Origin: Octopus bimaculoides
Taxonomy: Eukaryota
DNA: 64,000 nt
Direction: 5' to 3'
NCBI RefSeq assembly: GCF_001194135.2
Contig: NC_068984.1
Location: 29,691,397 to 29,755,396 of the forward strand
This document shows, piece after piece, positions 12,403 to 25,008 of this stretch; within the stretch, counting starts at the first letter, position 1; every line of letters begins with the position of its first letter. Below the pieces are notes generated by a model, which searched no databases, was not told the DNA's origin, and saw nothing but the letters and a program-made list of their open reading frames with translations. The position numbers were made by a program, and so were the translations under genes.

Positions 12403-13268
12403 GAAAACCTCATGTAAATAATGTGATTTACAGTAAGTCTGGCTGAAGAGCTTTAAGTATATTCATCCAAAACGCGAAATCAGTTGATCCCAGAATATCT
12501 GTACACCTTACTTCTGTAGTTCATACAAGGTAAGGTATTTCTGTTACATTCGTTGCATTCGCTGTGTATTTTAATAGTGAGAAATTTGTGGTTTTATAGC
12601 GTATGTGTGTCTGTGAGTGTATGTATAACAGCATTGATGAAATAACTGAATCTCCATCGTTGAAAGTGACGAAGATCCATCACAAACATATCAACACATC
12701 TGGTGCACGATATACACATTTCATGTTCATTTAATAATCGTTCCTAAAATAAGTTCATGGACTTAAAACTAGAGTGAAGTGTACTTTCGATTATATCAGC
12801 TATATCACTTGCATAGTACCATATTTATCGGTCCAGAAAGCATGAAACAACAGCTGAGCCCAAGCGTAATTTGAACCCAGGACGTAAGGAGCCAAGAAGA
12901 ATAATGCGATCATTTCTTCCGTTTTTCTAAATCTTCTACTTATCCTATCTTCAATATCACTTTTATATCTCAGTTTAAAGGTTAGAAATTTCCAATTTCA
13001 ATCTTTTGTAGTTGCCGTGGAGTTTAAATTACTTACGCTCCATGTATTCCTCCATAATTTTAAAATATTCTGTACGTATTTTATATCTTCTTGCTTCTTC
13101 CTATTTCACTAGAATAAAGAACTTTGCTCACTTTATTATGTTTCCTGTCGCTATTCCCCCCCCCCTTAAAACCTATCTATGTATCTAGTTATATATTTAT
13201 ATATATATATATATTGATGGTTCTATATATTTCACTGTACCAAATGTCTATTTATCTCCTGCATCCAT

Positions 13269-13333
<65 letters not shown>

Positions 13334-14985
13334 ATGTCTGTCTATGTCTCTCTCTCTCTCTCTGTATGTGTGTCGGCTGTCTATCTGTGTATTTATCTAT
13401 GTAAGAGTATGTGTGCGCGCGCGCCTGTGCGTTTATAATTATATCCCTTTGATAGCCCAGGCGATTTTGCGTTGTTAGAATTTCTCACCAAGTGGTGCCC
13501 TGTTCGCTTCTACTACTAGAGGTTTCGGCCAAATAAAATTCTGCCATCATTTTCTCAAGGAACGACATTGTGTCATCGATGCTCCTTTATTACTCTCACT
13601 GTTCAAAATCTTGTGTATAATGTAATATAAGATTGTATACATATACATGTATATATATGATACAATATAATATATAATTCGCTAACTCGACGGAAGCCCA
13701 TAAACAACGATGCTGTAGTTCTCAAATTGTAGTGCACAATAAATAATTTTCAAATATATGATACTAAAGAGCATTACTGTATCACAATCGGTGTGTCTCG
13801 CCAATTCATCTCTATGTAGATTTTAATGTCCACGCTCAACCTTGTGGTTACTACGTATGTGAGTGATGCACTGAGGTCATTTCGATTGACTGCACCACTC
13901 ACTGATATTAGGTGGTCGAATAATGCCTATGACAAGTTTCCATATAGCAATAATCAATTCTAAATTATGGGATTTCCTTTCCTGCTGAATGCTTTCTTTC
14001 TCTTTCTGACAATATTGAAAAGAATGAACAGCGTACGTATCGAATATAAAAAGATAATAATATCGAGGTATGAAAAGAAAATATTGTATTTCCATATTCT
14101 ATTTCATTGAAACTTTAACATTTTAGTCAATGTTTTTCTCTGATTGATCTCTCATCTGCAACTGCAACTTCATATGGTATTTAGGAACTCCGTTAAAATC
14201 AAAAGAAAATGTTACGTATTCTTTTTTTCATTTGATATTAATAGGATTGCAACTCCTCAACTCCTCAATTTATCTTTAAATATGAACACCCATTTGACGT
14301 ATATGCTCACAGAAACATACATACCAAAACGCACATATTCTTGTTGAGTATATATATATATATATATAATGCGTGTGTCTATACGCACACGCATGCATAT
14401 ATATTCACATACAAATATGTGCATGGATCTGTGTATTTATACATGTGTGCGTCAGCTGTATGGTTTGGTTAATATCTTTGCTTCTCAACCATTTGGCCGT
14501 CCATGGCGTTCACTAGAGCGTCTGGTAGACCAGTCTTTTAATTGAAATATTGTACTCAGAATCTTTGTAACCCCATCGAAAAAGCTATAGGTTACCTACC
14601 TTGTCACAGACTGCCTAGCGTTGATTTCTCTTGGAGATTTTGTTGGGTGCACAGGTGCATGTAAGTTGTGAGGAGTATGCCACAATCATCAGTCTTGTTA
14701 AATAACTGTTTATTATTTTAGTTATATCCATTGAAGAAACCTCCTATTGAGAGTTATAGTATTTCCTTTCAGGAATCTATTACTAATGAGATAGAGGCGT
14801 AAACGTGAAAACTACCGAAGAAACATGAAGATAAACATGAAAAAAGTAGAGAAATGTTTGCACTTGTTGCTATAGAAGGAATTCTAATCATCAAATCCAC
14901 TTTTCGTAGAGTTATGAACTCGATAATCGCTACTTAACTGTTATCAAATAGTAAAAGAACACTCAATAGTTGGTTGCACATACAC

Positions 14986-15076
<91 letters not shown>

Positions 15077-15176
15077 CATTCGATTATGGTAATTATTACC
15101 GAAAGATAATGAGAATAGTATAATTCCGGATAATGAAAATATTGCATAAATAACATCGCATTGCTATTTTCCCTAG

Positions 15177-15336
15177 ACCAGGCATGGCTTACCCACCAAG
15201 CGAGATACCTTCTACTATGCTGTTTGATAACCAGTCTGGTCGTTCTACTGTAGCTATTTCATCACATAGAGAAACTGGTGGTCCTCAGTATGCTATTAGC
15301 AAACCTAAGAAAACGACGATAAAATGTACCAGCTGA
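15177..15336 (+). CDS. Possible terminal coding exon of an unidentified gene (PGMAYPPSEIPSTMLFDNQSGRSTVAISSHRETGGPQYAISKPKKTTIKCTS*)
   Basis: Acceptor-like ttgctattttccctag, about 52 open codons with AT-rich wobble positions, GC-richer than its flanks. No recognisable domain, and minus-strand splice signals also bracket the island. Confidence 0.2.
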
Positions 15337-15412
15337 AAAAGCAAGATGTATAAACATTAAAAGTGTATATCCTGTGCGAAATCTTTCAAGACACGAATGT
15401 TTCATTCTTAAA

Positions 15413-15633
15413 GGCGGTGAGCTGGCAGAAACGTTACGTTCCGAGCTCAAATTCCGCCGAGTTCGACTTTGCCTTTCATCCTTTCGGGATCGATACATTA
15501 AGTACCAGTTACGCACTGGGGACGATGTAATCGACTTATTCCCTTTGTCTGTCTTTGTTTGTCCCCTCTGTGTGTAGCCCCTTGTGGGCAGTAAAGAAAT
15601 AAGAAACGTTAGCAATCTGGGCGAAATGCTTAG
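15413..15633 (+). mobile_element. tRNA-derived SINE family B (internally deleted head, tail 1) followed by the start of a second, headless unit
   Basis: ggcggtgagctggcagaaacgtt...gcctttcatcctttcggg...aagtaccagttacgcactgggg...ccccttgtgggcagtaaagaaataa, then gaaacgttagc at 15603. Confidence 0.9.
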
Positions 15634-15649
15634 ATGACATAATGCTCAC

Positions 15650-16950
15650 TCCTTTTGGAAAATGATCTCTTGCTGAAATTCGTTGTCAAAATATGTAGAG
15701 CAGCATCTTGAAGATACTGAAAAATTAATGAACAGTGAAGCAGTAAAAGCGTGCATTGTGGTTTTGGAAAATGCGAAAAAGGATCGTTTATCTACGGGGA
15801 ACTATCAGGTATGGGATGTTTGCTCATCAGCTACTGGCAAACAACTAGACACCTCGCCAATAAAGTGTGAAAAATAAAACGGAAATAATATTTGGAGACA
15901 GTGCAAACAGAACATTTGTGTAGATATTAATCAACCCTCAGACAGACACTAAAAACTGTCAGTGGATAAATGTCAGAAGAGTCTAGGTGAACAATAATTA
16001 ACAAGAAATTTAATCGAAATGAATCTGTAGTATACAGAGGTATGGGAGGGAAATCAATGTCCGAGAAATTATTTCTTAGGAGGATTCAATGTCAAGAGTG
16101 AGACAGATGGATTTAATGAGAGTGCAACACAGCTCCAAGAGATTTGAAATCTATATCTTTTCTTAAACCAATTCTTTGCAGCGTTAATAGTGATACCCTT
16201 GAGCAGGAAACATAATTGTCGAGTACTGGTATAAAAATATTACCTTCTAACTGAAACGTTTCATTGACCTTGAAAACTAAAGGCTGATTGGGGATATAAA
16301 CACACTAATATGATGGCTCTAGCAGAAACAAAACTCATACACAATGCAATGCTACTCAAAGGCCAAAAACTACTGGCAAGAACCAAGAGTTTAATATCAT
16401 TATGCTACAAATTGTATTATCGAAAATGAACAAGCAGCTCAGAAAAAAGGAGTTCGAAGATGTTCTGAGTAACGCGTAATAACCAAAAACCGTGTCTCCT
16501 GAAGAGAAGTAGCATTCGACGAAGATGCTCGCAGTCTGGCCGGATGAAAAGCATTCGATTCTTTTCCTCATTCCTGTGCGTTAGACTCTTCGACTTGCTC
16601 ATGTTCCAACTACCAGTATGACAGCCACAGACCAGCTGACTTCAATTAAATAAAAATTCTCTGATGGTATACTGTATCGCAGAAGTATATTTCAAGACGA
16701 GAATCTCTCTAGTACACAATGAAGGAAATTTAAACATTATGCGATTGGCTCATATGATGATAGAAACCAACATGAACCTAACAAACTGCTTCTTTGTGTA
16801 CGGTCTCTAAATATATTCGAAGAATGTGCATACCATGAAGAAAAACGTTGGCCTTGGACAACGGTCTCAATATATATATAGGGATCAAAGTTGCCTGCAA
16901 TTGTGTCCTTACATGGCCGTAGACCGATGTACAATTGCATACCCATCTAT
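15650..16950 (+). pseudogene. Possibly a very decayed non-LTR (APE-type) endonuclease region
   Basis: Only weak motif echoes: RNYFLGGFNVK (~16064, cf. GDFNA) and KRWPWT (~16843, cf. RxWTW). Spacing is longer than expected and there are many stops. Confidence 0.2.
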
Positions 16951-16964
16951 CAATAATGGTTTCA

Positions 16965-17170
16965 AATTTTGGTTCAGGACCAGCAATTTTGTGGGAGGGG
17001 CAAAATCGAATACATCAACTCCAGTGCTTAATCAGTACTTATTTTATTGACCTCGAAATGATGAGAGGCAAAATCGACTTAGGTGGAAGTTGAACTTAGA
17101 ACGTAAAGACGGACGAAATGTCGCTGAGCATTTTTCCCGGTGTACTAACGGTTCTGCCAGCACACCACCT
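16965..17170 (-). mobile_element. SINE family B, diverged
   Basis: cagtacttattttattgacctcgaaatgatgagaggcaaaatcgac...ttgaacttagaacgtaaagacggacgaaat...ctaacggttctgccagc is the reverse complement of the family B head and core. Confidence 0.8.
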
Positions 17171-17669
17171 TACGCCGATCTCTCATTATTACTAAATATT
17201 TCTCCAATATCAAATGACGTATGCAAAGGTACGAAGGAATTCATGAAAATATTTCGTATGATGGATGCTGTAACAAGAAACACATAACCAAAAAGTATAG
17301 CACGCAGCTTCATGTGATTTGACAGCATTTGTCTTACCATTCTGTTATAATGTGGATCCTCGTCCACTTGTATGTTTTTCTATGGCACTGTAATATTCTT
17401 TTCGCAACTATTATGTTGTGGCAGTATTCTGACCCTTTTTTTTTTACTACGACTGTCTGACTTTATAGTGGTGTGAACCATTTTGTCACGTGGGAAGAGT
17501 GTGCCATTTTCACTACAACACACTCTTACATTAATTGTTTTAGATAACTCTACCCTTAACAAAGCTGAACATATACACATCCACACACACAAACACATAT
17601 AGAATTAGAATTCATTTTACATATATTCATATGCTTTATATATAGTACAGTTACACACACACGAACACA

Positions 17670-17771
<102 letters not shown>

Positions 17772-19629
17772 AACAACTGAAAAGTATTTCATATTTTTAG
17801 TTGTATTTATAATAATTCTATCTTTGGACCAGGATTTGTGCTTTTTTTCAATAACATTGTTAGTTTTTTTAAGAGCGTGATGTACTGGAAATTTAGCTGC
17901 ATTTTCTAACAAGTAGAATAACCACATAGAATTACTCATATTAGTTAATTTTCTTTTTGATTTTGTTATTGAAAATGAACTGGATTCCCGCACTCAATTG
18001 AAAAACCGTGTGAAGAAAGTTAGTGATACTCAATATATTGAAAAAATGGTGAAAATAAAGATAATATCGAATCATAGGGGAAATTATATTTTATGTTGTT
18101 AAAATCTTGTAACATAATAAATATTCAATAAATTGCCACATATCTAAAATTATGTTATAACCAAGTGTTACCGTGTATTACAGTAACGTGTGATCCGACG
18201 ATCAATTTGGCCAGCTGCGGACAGAATAATTTTCCTTCAGCAAACTTATATATTTACAAAGAAATATAAAAATAATGTATAAACTGATTAATGCATAACT
18301 GGTTATACTAAGTCATTGATCCAGTGAAGGTTGAAAAGTAAAACAAGAATTTCAGTAACGTATAATCTAGAGCGATAACATGCAACATGCTTTCAGTGAA
18401 TGTAACTCTATGATTTCTTTCCTTATATGTATTAAAAAATGTTTCATTAAAATTTATTCGTCATGAAATACTATATAAACTCTCGATATGCAGTCTATTG
18501 CAGTTATATCTGCTCTGTACCGATAGTAAATTCCAGGAGGTGTAATTAATATCTCTGGTATCAGAAAATTAGTTAAATTATATATTCCATCATTTGTATT
18601 AATATAATATTAGCCAATATTGAAATTTGATTAAATTGTAATCCGTAGCTTGACTGCAATTTTTGATAATATTCTTTCCTCGTTTCTTATTTACTAAACC
18701 CTTACATGGATATTTCCAGCAAGTATTCCATCAGGTTTTGGGGTGATTTAAATAATTTTATGCACTTACATGTCAACTAAATTTTGAAGATTGTAAGTTT
18801 CCAGTCTTTTATAATCATATTTTGTTAGTATGGATAATATCTTCTGTAAATTTTTTTAAACATTTCTTTCTCAGAAATTCGGAGCATGGTCTGATAGCTT
18901 CATGCCACTGAACATTTATAAATTATTAATAACTCGTTATTAACTGCAAATCATTCTATGGCTTTAACATTTTGCTACATATTGTGTTTCACTTTTTAAG
19001 TGACTGTCTTTGCCTGCTTTTAAAACAAAAAAACAAAAAAAAACTTTAATACATGCCTTATGATCTTTAGATATAACAACACACTACACTCGTCTTTGAT
19101 TCTAATTGATTTATTAATTAATTAATGAAAACTGCATTTTCTCGATAACGTCAGAAAATTATGTGTAACTCCTTTATTCATTTTTAAACTTTATTTTCTG
19201 GCAAATCCAATTCCCAAATATTACTGTTTAATGAAAACTATCTCAAAAAGCTATCAATGACTAATTATAATTAACTAATTATAGAACCTTAACATGATTT
19301 CTTCGTGGAGACTGCAAATCTCTGATATTAAATAAAGCAAAACATTGTATCCTATCATAACTTGCAAATGGCGCATGCAAGCATACATGCTAACACTGGT
19401 AGAAGCATATAAAACACGCATCATTAATGCAACTTGTGGACAATGTTACTACTGTTAGTATTTATGGATGAACAACTCCATTATATTATATATATTTTTA
19501 TGTTTTAGTGAGATGAAATTCATGATTTTTGTGCCTCCTACTTGCAGGCGATATATTCAACTTGAGCAGAAAGACAACATGGGCGTGGAGAGTTTCCAGA
19601 AAAATTGAAAGAAAAGTTACGTAAAACTA

Positions 19630-20085
19630 TTTGAGTGGATAAAAAGTGTTAATGCGCAGTAGAAGAGAATAGGGGAGTCGAGTTCCTTGGGTAGCCCCTG
19701 TGTGACGATGACCATATGGAATAAAATGAACTCGTTCAAGGGACTCTAAGCTATTGATTAACAATAGAAATGGACCGAGGAAAGATAGCGTGTGTAGGAG
19801 AAAGAGAGACGTGGTATTATTTTGTTGGATAGCGGTTATAGGGTGTACGGGAATAATTCTTAGCAATACATCAGAGGGCCTTCTTTTTGAAGAGACCTGG
19901 ATTGCTTTTGTACCTGTGTGCCCCGTAGTTATAGCTCAAATAGTTGGACAGTACTCAGTACCCCTTTGTAGGTGCAATTTGATCTTTGTAAGATTTCTAG
20001 TTACTGCTACGAGTCGAAGTTTTCTAGCCCTAAAGACGCAGGCTGGTCTTTGGGATACGGATTTTACTATACTTTGAATCAGTAT
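19630..20085 (-). pseudogene. Decayed C-terminal ORF2 fragment of a non-LTR retrotransposon (CR1/L2/Jockey-like)
   Basis: GC-richer block with frameshifted remnants such as TEYCPTI*A (cf. LEYCSPIW). Many stops. Confidence 0.3.
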
Positions 20086-20840
20086 TTGTATGAATATCAT
20101 ATGGCATCATGCTGTAAATAAATGTGCATGAAATAACATAGTTTCCATACTGTAACATATCTATTCAAATTCTTACTGCTTGCATTATGTTTCTGAAAGA
20201 ATTTTAATTATTTATAAACAAATTCTGTAAACCATATTCTTATTAATAGTGAATTGCCTGTTTTAGGATTATTAAAGAAGGAAATGCATTACATATACTT
20301 CGTTCAAAAGTTTTTATACAACGTATCATCTAATGTGATATATGTATTTAAACATTAAATATTAAATACTAAAAATACAGAACGAAATGTAAACAAAACC
20401 AGTAAGATAAGATACAAGGCCAATTAAAAAGAAGTAAACTCTTGATTTTGAGGTGAAATATTATGTTTATGTTATCCAACATTATTATCGGTCTGCTTTG
20501 TCGGCATTTGTGAATAAATTTCATAAATTGCAATATACAATACTAATAACGAATAAAAATGAATTTGCCTATTTACACATGCGATTTGCTTAAAAATGTG
20601 TGTAAATAAATTTATATGTATATATATATACTCTGACGTGGGTATACCCGTCTGGTGTTAAAAAGTATTTCAGGAATAAATAGTTAGTTGTGGTAACCTA
20701 AAAATAACGTATCACAGAAATATATGTTAACACAGAACGCACTCCGTACTACTAGAACGCAGGTACGATACTCAGTATTCAATGTTCAACTACCGACTGT
20801 TAGACCAATACAGATCGAACTAACACCGTCAACTAACCGA

Positions 20841-22262
20841 TTCTTTATTAGGCACAAAGGCCCGAAACAGAGTGGACGTCACAAGGGCAGAGAGAACAAT
20901 ACAAGTGGGGACAAAAACATGAAAGGTGAAATTATATAAAATGAAGGTGAAATGGCCACTTGAACCTCACTCGCGGGTGGTTACATTTAACTGTTTTTTG
21001 TTTTCATTTTTTTAAAATCAAATTTTCATCATTTAAAATTTTACTTACTGCATTTAATAGTTCATGTACTGTATTATGTCTTTCTAATCCACGACCGGAG
21101 GTAGGGTTTCGTATCCTACCTCTTCTCCAAACGGGTCACTGAGTGAACCAAATATTTCTTTTAATTTTGTGTATTTTTCTCTGTCGATTAATATGCATTT
21201 GGTGTATTCCGGTTTCGCCTCAGCCATCAATCTCACTCTAACTTAATCATAGTAATCATGCGTTCGATTGCCATGCTTTTGGCGTATGTCATAATGTGCA
21301 CCTTGTGTTTTCGGTGAATGTTGTGGGTCTGTGTGTTTTGTCTGTCTGCATTTAGGTCTGTATTACTACATGAGATGCTGGAGCTAACCGGGGTGGTATC
21401 ACTACTTTTTGGTGTTTCTACTTGTGGTGTATGCTGTGTGAGTATGTTCAGTGTGTTAAATATCCGTGTGCCGTTTTCAGTCATAGTATTTTTCTTTTTA
21501 GTAGATTTCGGGGCTGACCCTGCTGTCACATCTCTCTTTTTGGAACTTCAATGAATCCCTCTTCTTCTGTGTCTTCCTTATTTCCTTCCATGATTGGGGT
21601 TGTTGCCTTGGTACTTCTCTTTGGTTCACGTTGGTTTTCACTTGTTTCATTATTTAGCTCGAAGAACTTTGCTTTCATACACCCCTTCACACCACAGTGG
21701 TAGCAGATGGGTGAACGACCCTCCACTACCAGTCTTGATTTCTTATCTTCCGGCAGTAGCATTTCTTCCGTTATCATATTTAATTATTCTTGGCTGGTTT
21801 GGACCACCATTTCCAGTCCATAATCCCATTAATTCAGCTTCTTTGTTCTTGTGGCTTGCTATGTCTTCATTTCTTCCCTTTCATAAGTTATGGCTGCTAC
21901 TAACCATGCTTCCTCTATTTCTGGCGGTACCCTGGCAACGCTGATTCACGCGATTCTTTTGCTACAGTAGGTTGGCAGGAGCACCCATTCATGTGATCTC
22001 AGCGATATAGTGGAGTGATTGAATGCCTCTTCTTCCGTGGTTAATCTCACTTCCACTGTGCCGTACTTTCTTCCTCTGGTGCAGTAGGTGATTACACTTT
22101 TCACGTTTTCTAGGCATTTTTCAATAGCCTCCCCCGTCGGGAAAACGAAAAATATGGACACACCCACGAAAAGACAATTCACATTAACTACATGCATTCC
22201 GACTTAGTTAAACTTCTCTTTCACACAACGCCTTACCTTGCATTCCTGTAAAATAGCGTCGG
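20841..22262 (-). mobile_element. L1/Tx1-type ORF1 (RRM-like region plus CCHC knuckle) pseudogene followed directly by a 3' tail; no ORF2
   Basis: Disrupted frames: FPTGEAIEKCLENVKSVITYCTRGRKYGTVEVRLTTEEEA...LLPTYCSKRIA, then RVPPEIEEAWLVAAI, RLVVEGRSPICYHCGVKGCMKAK, and a low-complexity C-terminus. Tail ...gcccttgtg...tttcgggcctttgtgcctaataaagaa. Confidence 0.7.
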
Positions 22263-22344
22263 GAATTCAGCACTAATAGTGACAGGGCACAGCATTTGTA
22301 ATTTCATTTGACTATTACATACTGATATTCCTTATGAAAAAAAA

Positions 22345-23218
22345 ATGTCTCCTAAATAAACAAAAAGATCAGCAAAACACGAACACCAAAGTAACGCACG
22401 ACGGGCAATAGAAACGAAGATGAGAGACGCAAACGGCTTGCAGAGGATCGACAAAGAAAGAAAGCTCGACGTGCGGCAGAAAACTAAGATCAAGGAAATG
22501 CACGACAACAAAGAATGGCAGCTCGATGAGCAGCAGAAAAGAAGACGAAAGAAATGCATAACTTGCAGTTGATCGTTTTCGGAGAGCATCACATCGTATG
22601 CAAGAAACACCACAAAAAACTGCAAATAGACGTGAAAATGACCGAATCAGGCACAACGAAGGTAGGTCACATCAGCAATGGCGTCTTGTTGGTTTCAGTT
22701 ACAACACCAATAATTGCTATGAATCTGAAATTGGCTCAGTGTCTCACCAATGCTATTGCTTTTAATGGTAAAATATGGTTAAATGAACCACTTGGGTTAT
22801 GCTGCAGGAGGGGGGAAATCCTGACCGTCCTGAAGAAAGGAAAAAAATTCTTCATGGAACTTCATCTCATTCAAAGCATTTTGTACAAAAAATGCACCAC
22901 TATAAATAATAATTCTTTTCAAATGACTTTATTTAGAGCAAATATTGTGAATGAGTGAGGATTCGTGCCCACATATCTTTGGGAAGATCAATGTTCCATA
23001 TATACAGTGGAATGGCAGAGAAGGGGATTACCTCATGCCCACATTATTTTTTGGCTATGCACAAAAATTATTTGTGAATAGCCAAAGAAAAATTAATTCA
23101 GATTGATTTGATAATTTCGGCCAAAATTCCTGATTCTGCCATTGATCGGACACTCTATGACATCGTGGTATATCTTGTGGTTCATGGCTCCTGTGGTGTT
23201 CAAAACCTCCAGTCACCA

Positions 23219-23222
<4 letters not shown>
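22345..23222 (+). mobile_element. Internally deleted Helitron Rep/helicase remnant
   Basis: NEPLGLCC, SKHFVQK and NNSFQMTLFRANIVNE*GFVPT (Helitron N-terminal region) are fused to Rep motif TVEWQRRGLPHAHIIFWL (23004-23057) and IPDSAIDRTLYDIVVYLVVHGSCGVQNLQSPC. Confidence 0.85.
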
Positions 23223-23258
<36 letters not shown>

Positions 23259-23263
<5 letters not shown>

Positions 23264-23608
23264 CAGTACGTACGTTTCGTACAAGCTCCATTTATTCATG
23301 TAGTGAGAAAACCACAGAAAATACAATGAAAATGTACTCCTCAGCTGCATAATGGAATTTCATTTTAGAAAGTCATTTTGAAGATGTTTGTCTGTGAAAC
23401 ACTTGTCTGTGAAACACTTGTCTGTGAAACAGCAGCATAGTCGAGACGTGTTTTCTTCTCTTACTCTTGTTTTTTGCAAACATCTTCAAAATGACTTCCT
23501 AAAATGAAATTCCATTATGCAGCTGGGGAGTACATTTTCATTGTATTTTCTGTGGTGTTCTCACTACATGAATAAATGGAGCTTGTACGAAACGTACGTA
23601 CTGCTATA
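23259..23608. repeat. Inverted duplication, 132-bp arms (23259-23390/23477-23608), spacer with a 15-bp triplication and a hammerhead-like remnant
   Basis: About 3 mismatches between arms. Spacer contains (cttgtctgtgaaaca)x3 and ctgtgaaacagcagcatagtcgagacgtg. Confidence 0.9.
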
Positions 23609-23983
23609 ACCTATTGAATTTTTGTTGCTTAACTTCAAATTTTATTCACCAAATCTCTTGATTTTGTTTTTTGTTTTTATCCTACCAAATTCTGGTGCCT
23701 CAAACATTTTAAATACCACATTTAATCTTNNNNNNNNNNNNNNNNNNNNNNNNNNNNNNNNNNNNNNNNNNNNNNNNNNNNNNNNNNNNNNNNNNNNNNN
23801 NNNNNNNNNNNNNNNNNNNNNNNNNNNNNNNNNNNNNNNNNNNNNNNNNNNNNNNNNNNNNNNNNNNNNNNNNNNNNNNNNNNNNNNNNNNNNNNNNNNN
23901 NNNNNNNNNNNNNNNNNNNNNNNNATATATACAGATATGTGTGTATATACTTATATGTACACACACATACATACACACTCCAT

Positions 23984-24072
23984 GAGTGGCCGTGTGGTGA
24001 GAAGCTTGCTTCCCAAATCACGTACTTCTGGGTTGAGTCCCATGCGTTGTACCTTGGATAAATGTCTCCTAT
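23984..24072 (+). mobile_element. SINE family A head fragment
   Basis: gagtggccgtgtggtgagaagcttgcttcccaaatcacg...gggttgagtccc. Confidence 0.75.
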
Positions 24073-24529
24073 ATCCTTTGTATTAGAGTGAAGAATACCT
24101 TATTCGCATTCGTATTTTCGTCTGGAAATTATAAAGGATTTTAACCCGTTAGATTCGCACTTCTTGAACATCTAGTTCAAATTATGCATATGAGTGCAAG
24201 TGTGTTTGTTTATTGGTAACGTGTGGGTATTAAACATGCAGTTCCACTTATTTTAATTCCAATCAATATTATTGATCTTTTTTCTTTTGACAAAGTACAA
24301 GTACCACCATTGGTATTGACATTATTTTTTCTGCCAGGATTTGTATTATGAATATAATTTCTTCGTATCATTATCTCTATTTCAACTACTACTATTATTA
24401 TTATCATTGGTATAATTATTAGTTTTTTATTAGTATTATTTATGTTGATGATATTATTGTCATTCTGTTATCTATCTATCACTCTATCTCTCTGTCTATC
24501 TATCTATGTGTCTATCTGCCTATCTATTT

Positions 24530-24562
<33 letters not shown>

Positions 24563-25008
24563 NNNNNNNNNNNNNNNNNNNNNNNNNNNNNNNNNNNNNN
24601 NNNNNNNNNNNNNNNNNNNNNNNNNNNNNNNNNNNNNNNNNNNNNNNNNNNNNNNNNNNNNNNNNNNNNNNNNNNNNNNNNNNNNNNNNNNNNNNNNNNN
24701 NNNNNNNNNNNNNNNNNNNNNNNNNNNNNNNNNNNNNNNNNNNNNNNNNNNNNNNNNNNNNNNNNNNNNNNNNNNNNNNNNNNNNNNNNNNNNNNNNNNN
24801 NNNNNNNNNNNNNNNNNNNNNNNNNNNNNNNNNNNNNNNNNNNNNNNNNNNNNNNNNNNNNNNNNNNNNNNNNNNNNNNNNNNNNNNNNNNNNNNNNNNN
24901 NNNNNNNNNNNNNNNNNNNNNNNNNNNNNNNNNNNNNNNNNNNNNNNNNNNNNNNNNNNNNNNNNNNNNNNNNNNNNNNNNNNNNNNNNNNNNNNNNNNN
25001 NNNNNNNN

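Noticed and set aside
11173-14694. Chain of minus-strand exon candidates (ending ~11176, 12511, 13040, 13492, 14602) each open except for a TGA or TAG, suggesting systematic stop-to-Trp recoding
   Set aside because: GTAAG-like donors occur dozens of times by chance in a window this size. Choosing among acceptors and frames easily yields single-stop frames, the phases do not chain uniquely, and no known protein is recovered.
22237-22245. 9-nt microexon on the minus strand (tattttacag|GAATGCAAG|gtaagg)
   Set aside because: It lies in frame within the N-terminus of the ORF1 remnant, so it is probably coincidental.
23393-23430. Short direct repeats as a CRISPR-like array (also 25696-25745 and 53459-53505)
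   Set aside because: These are spacerless tandem slippage repeats in a eukaryotic context.
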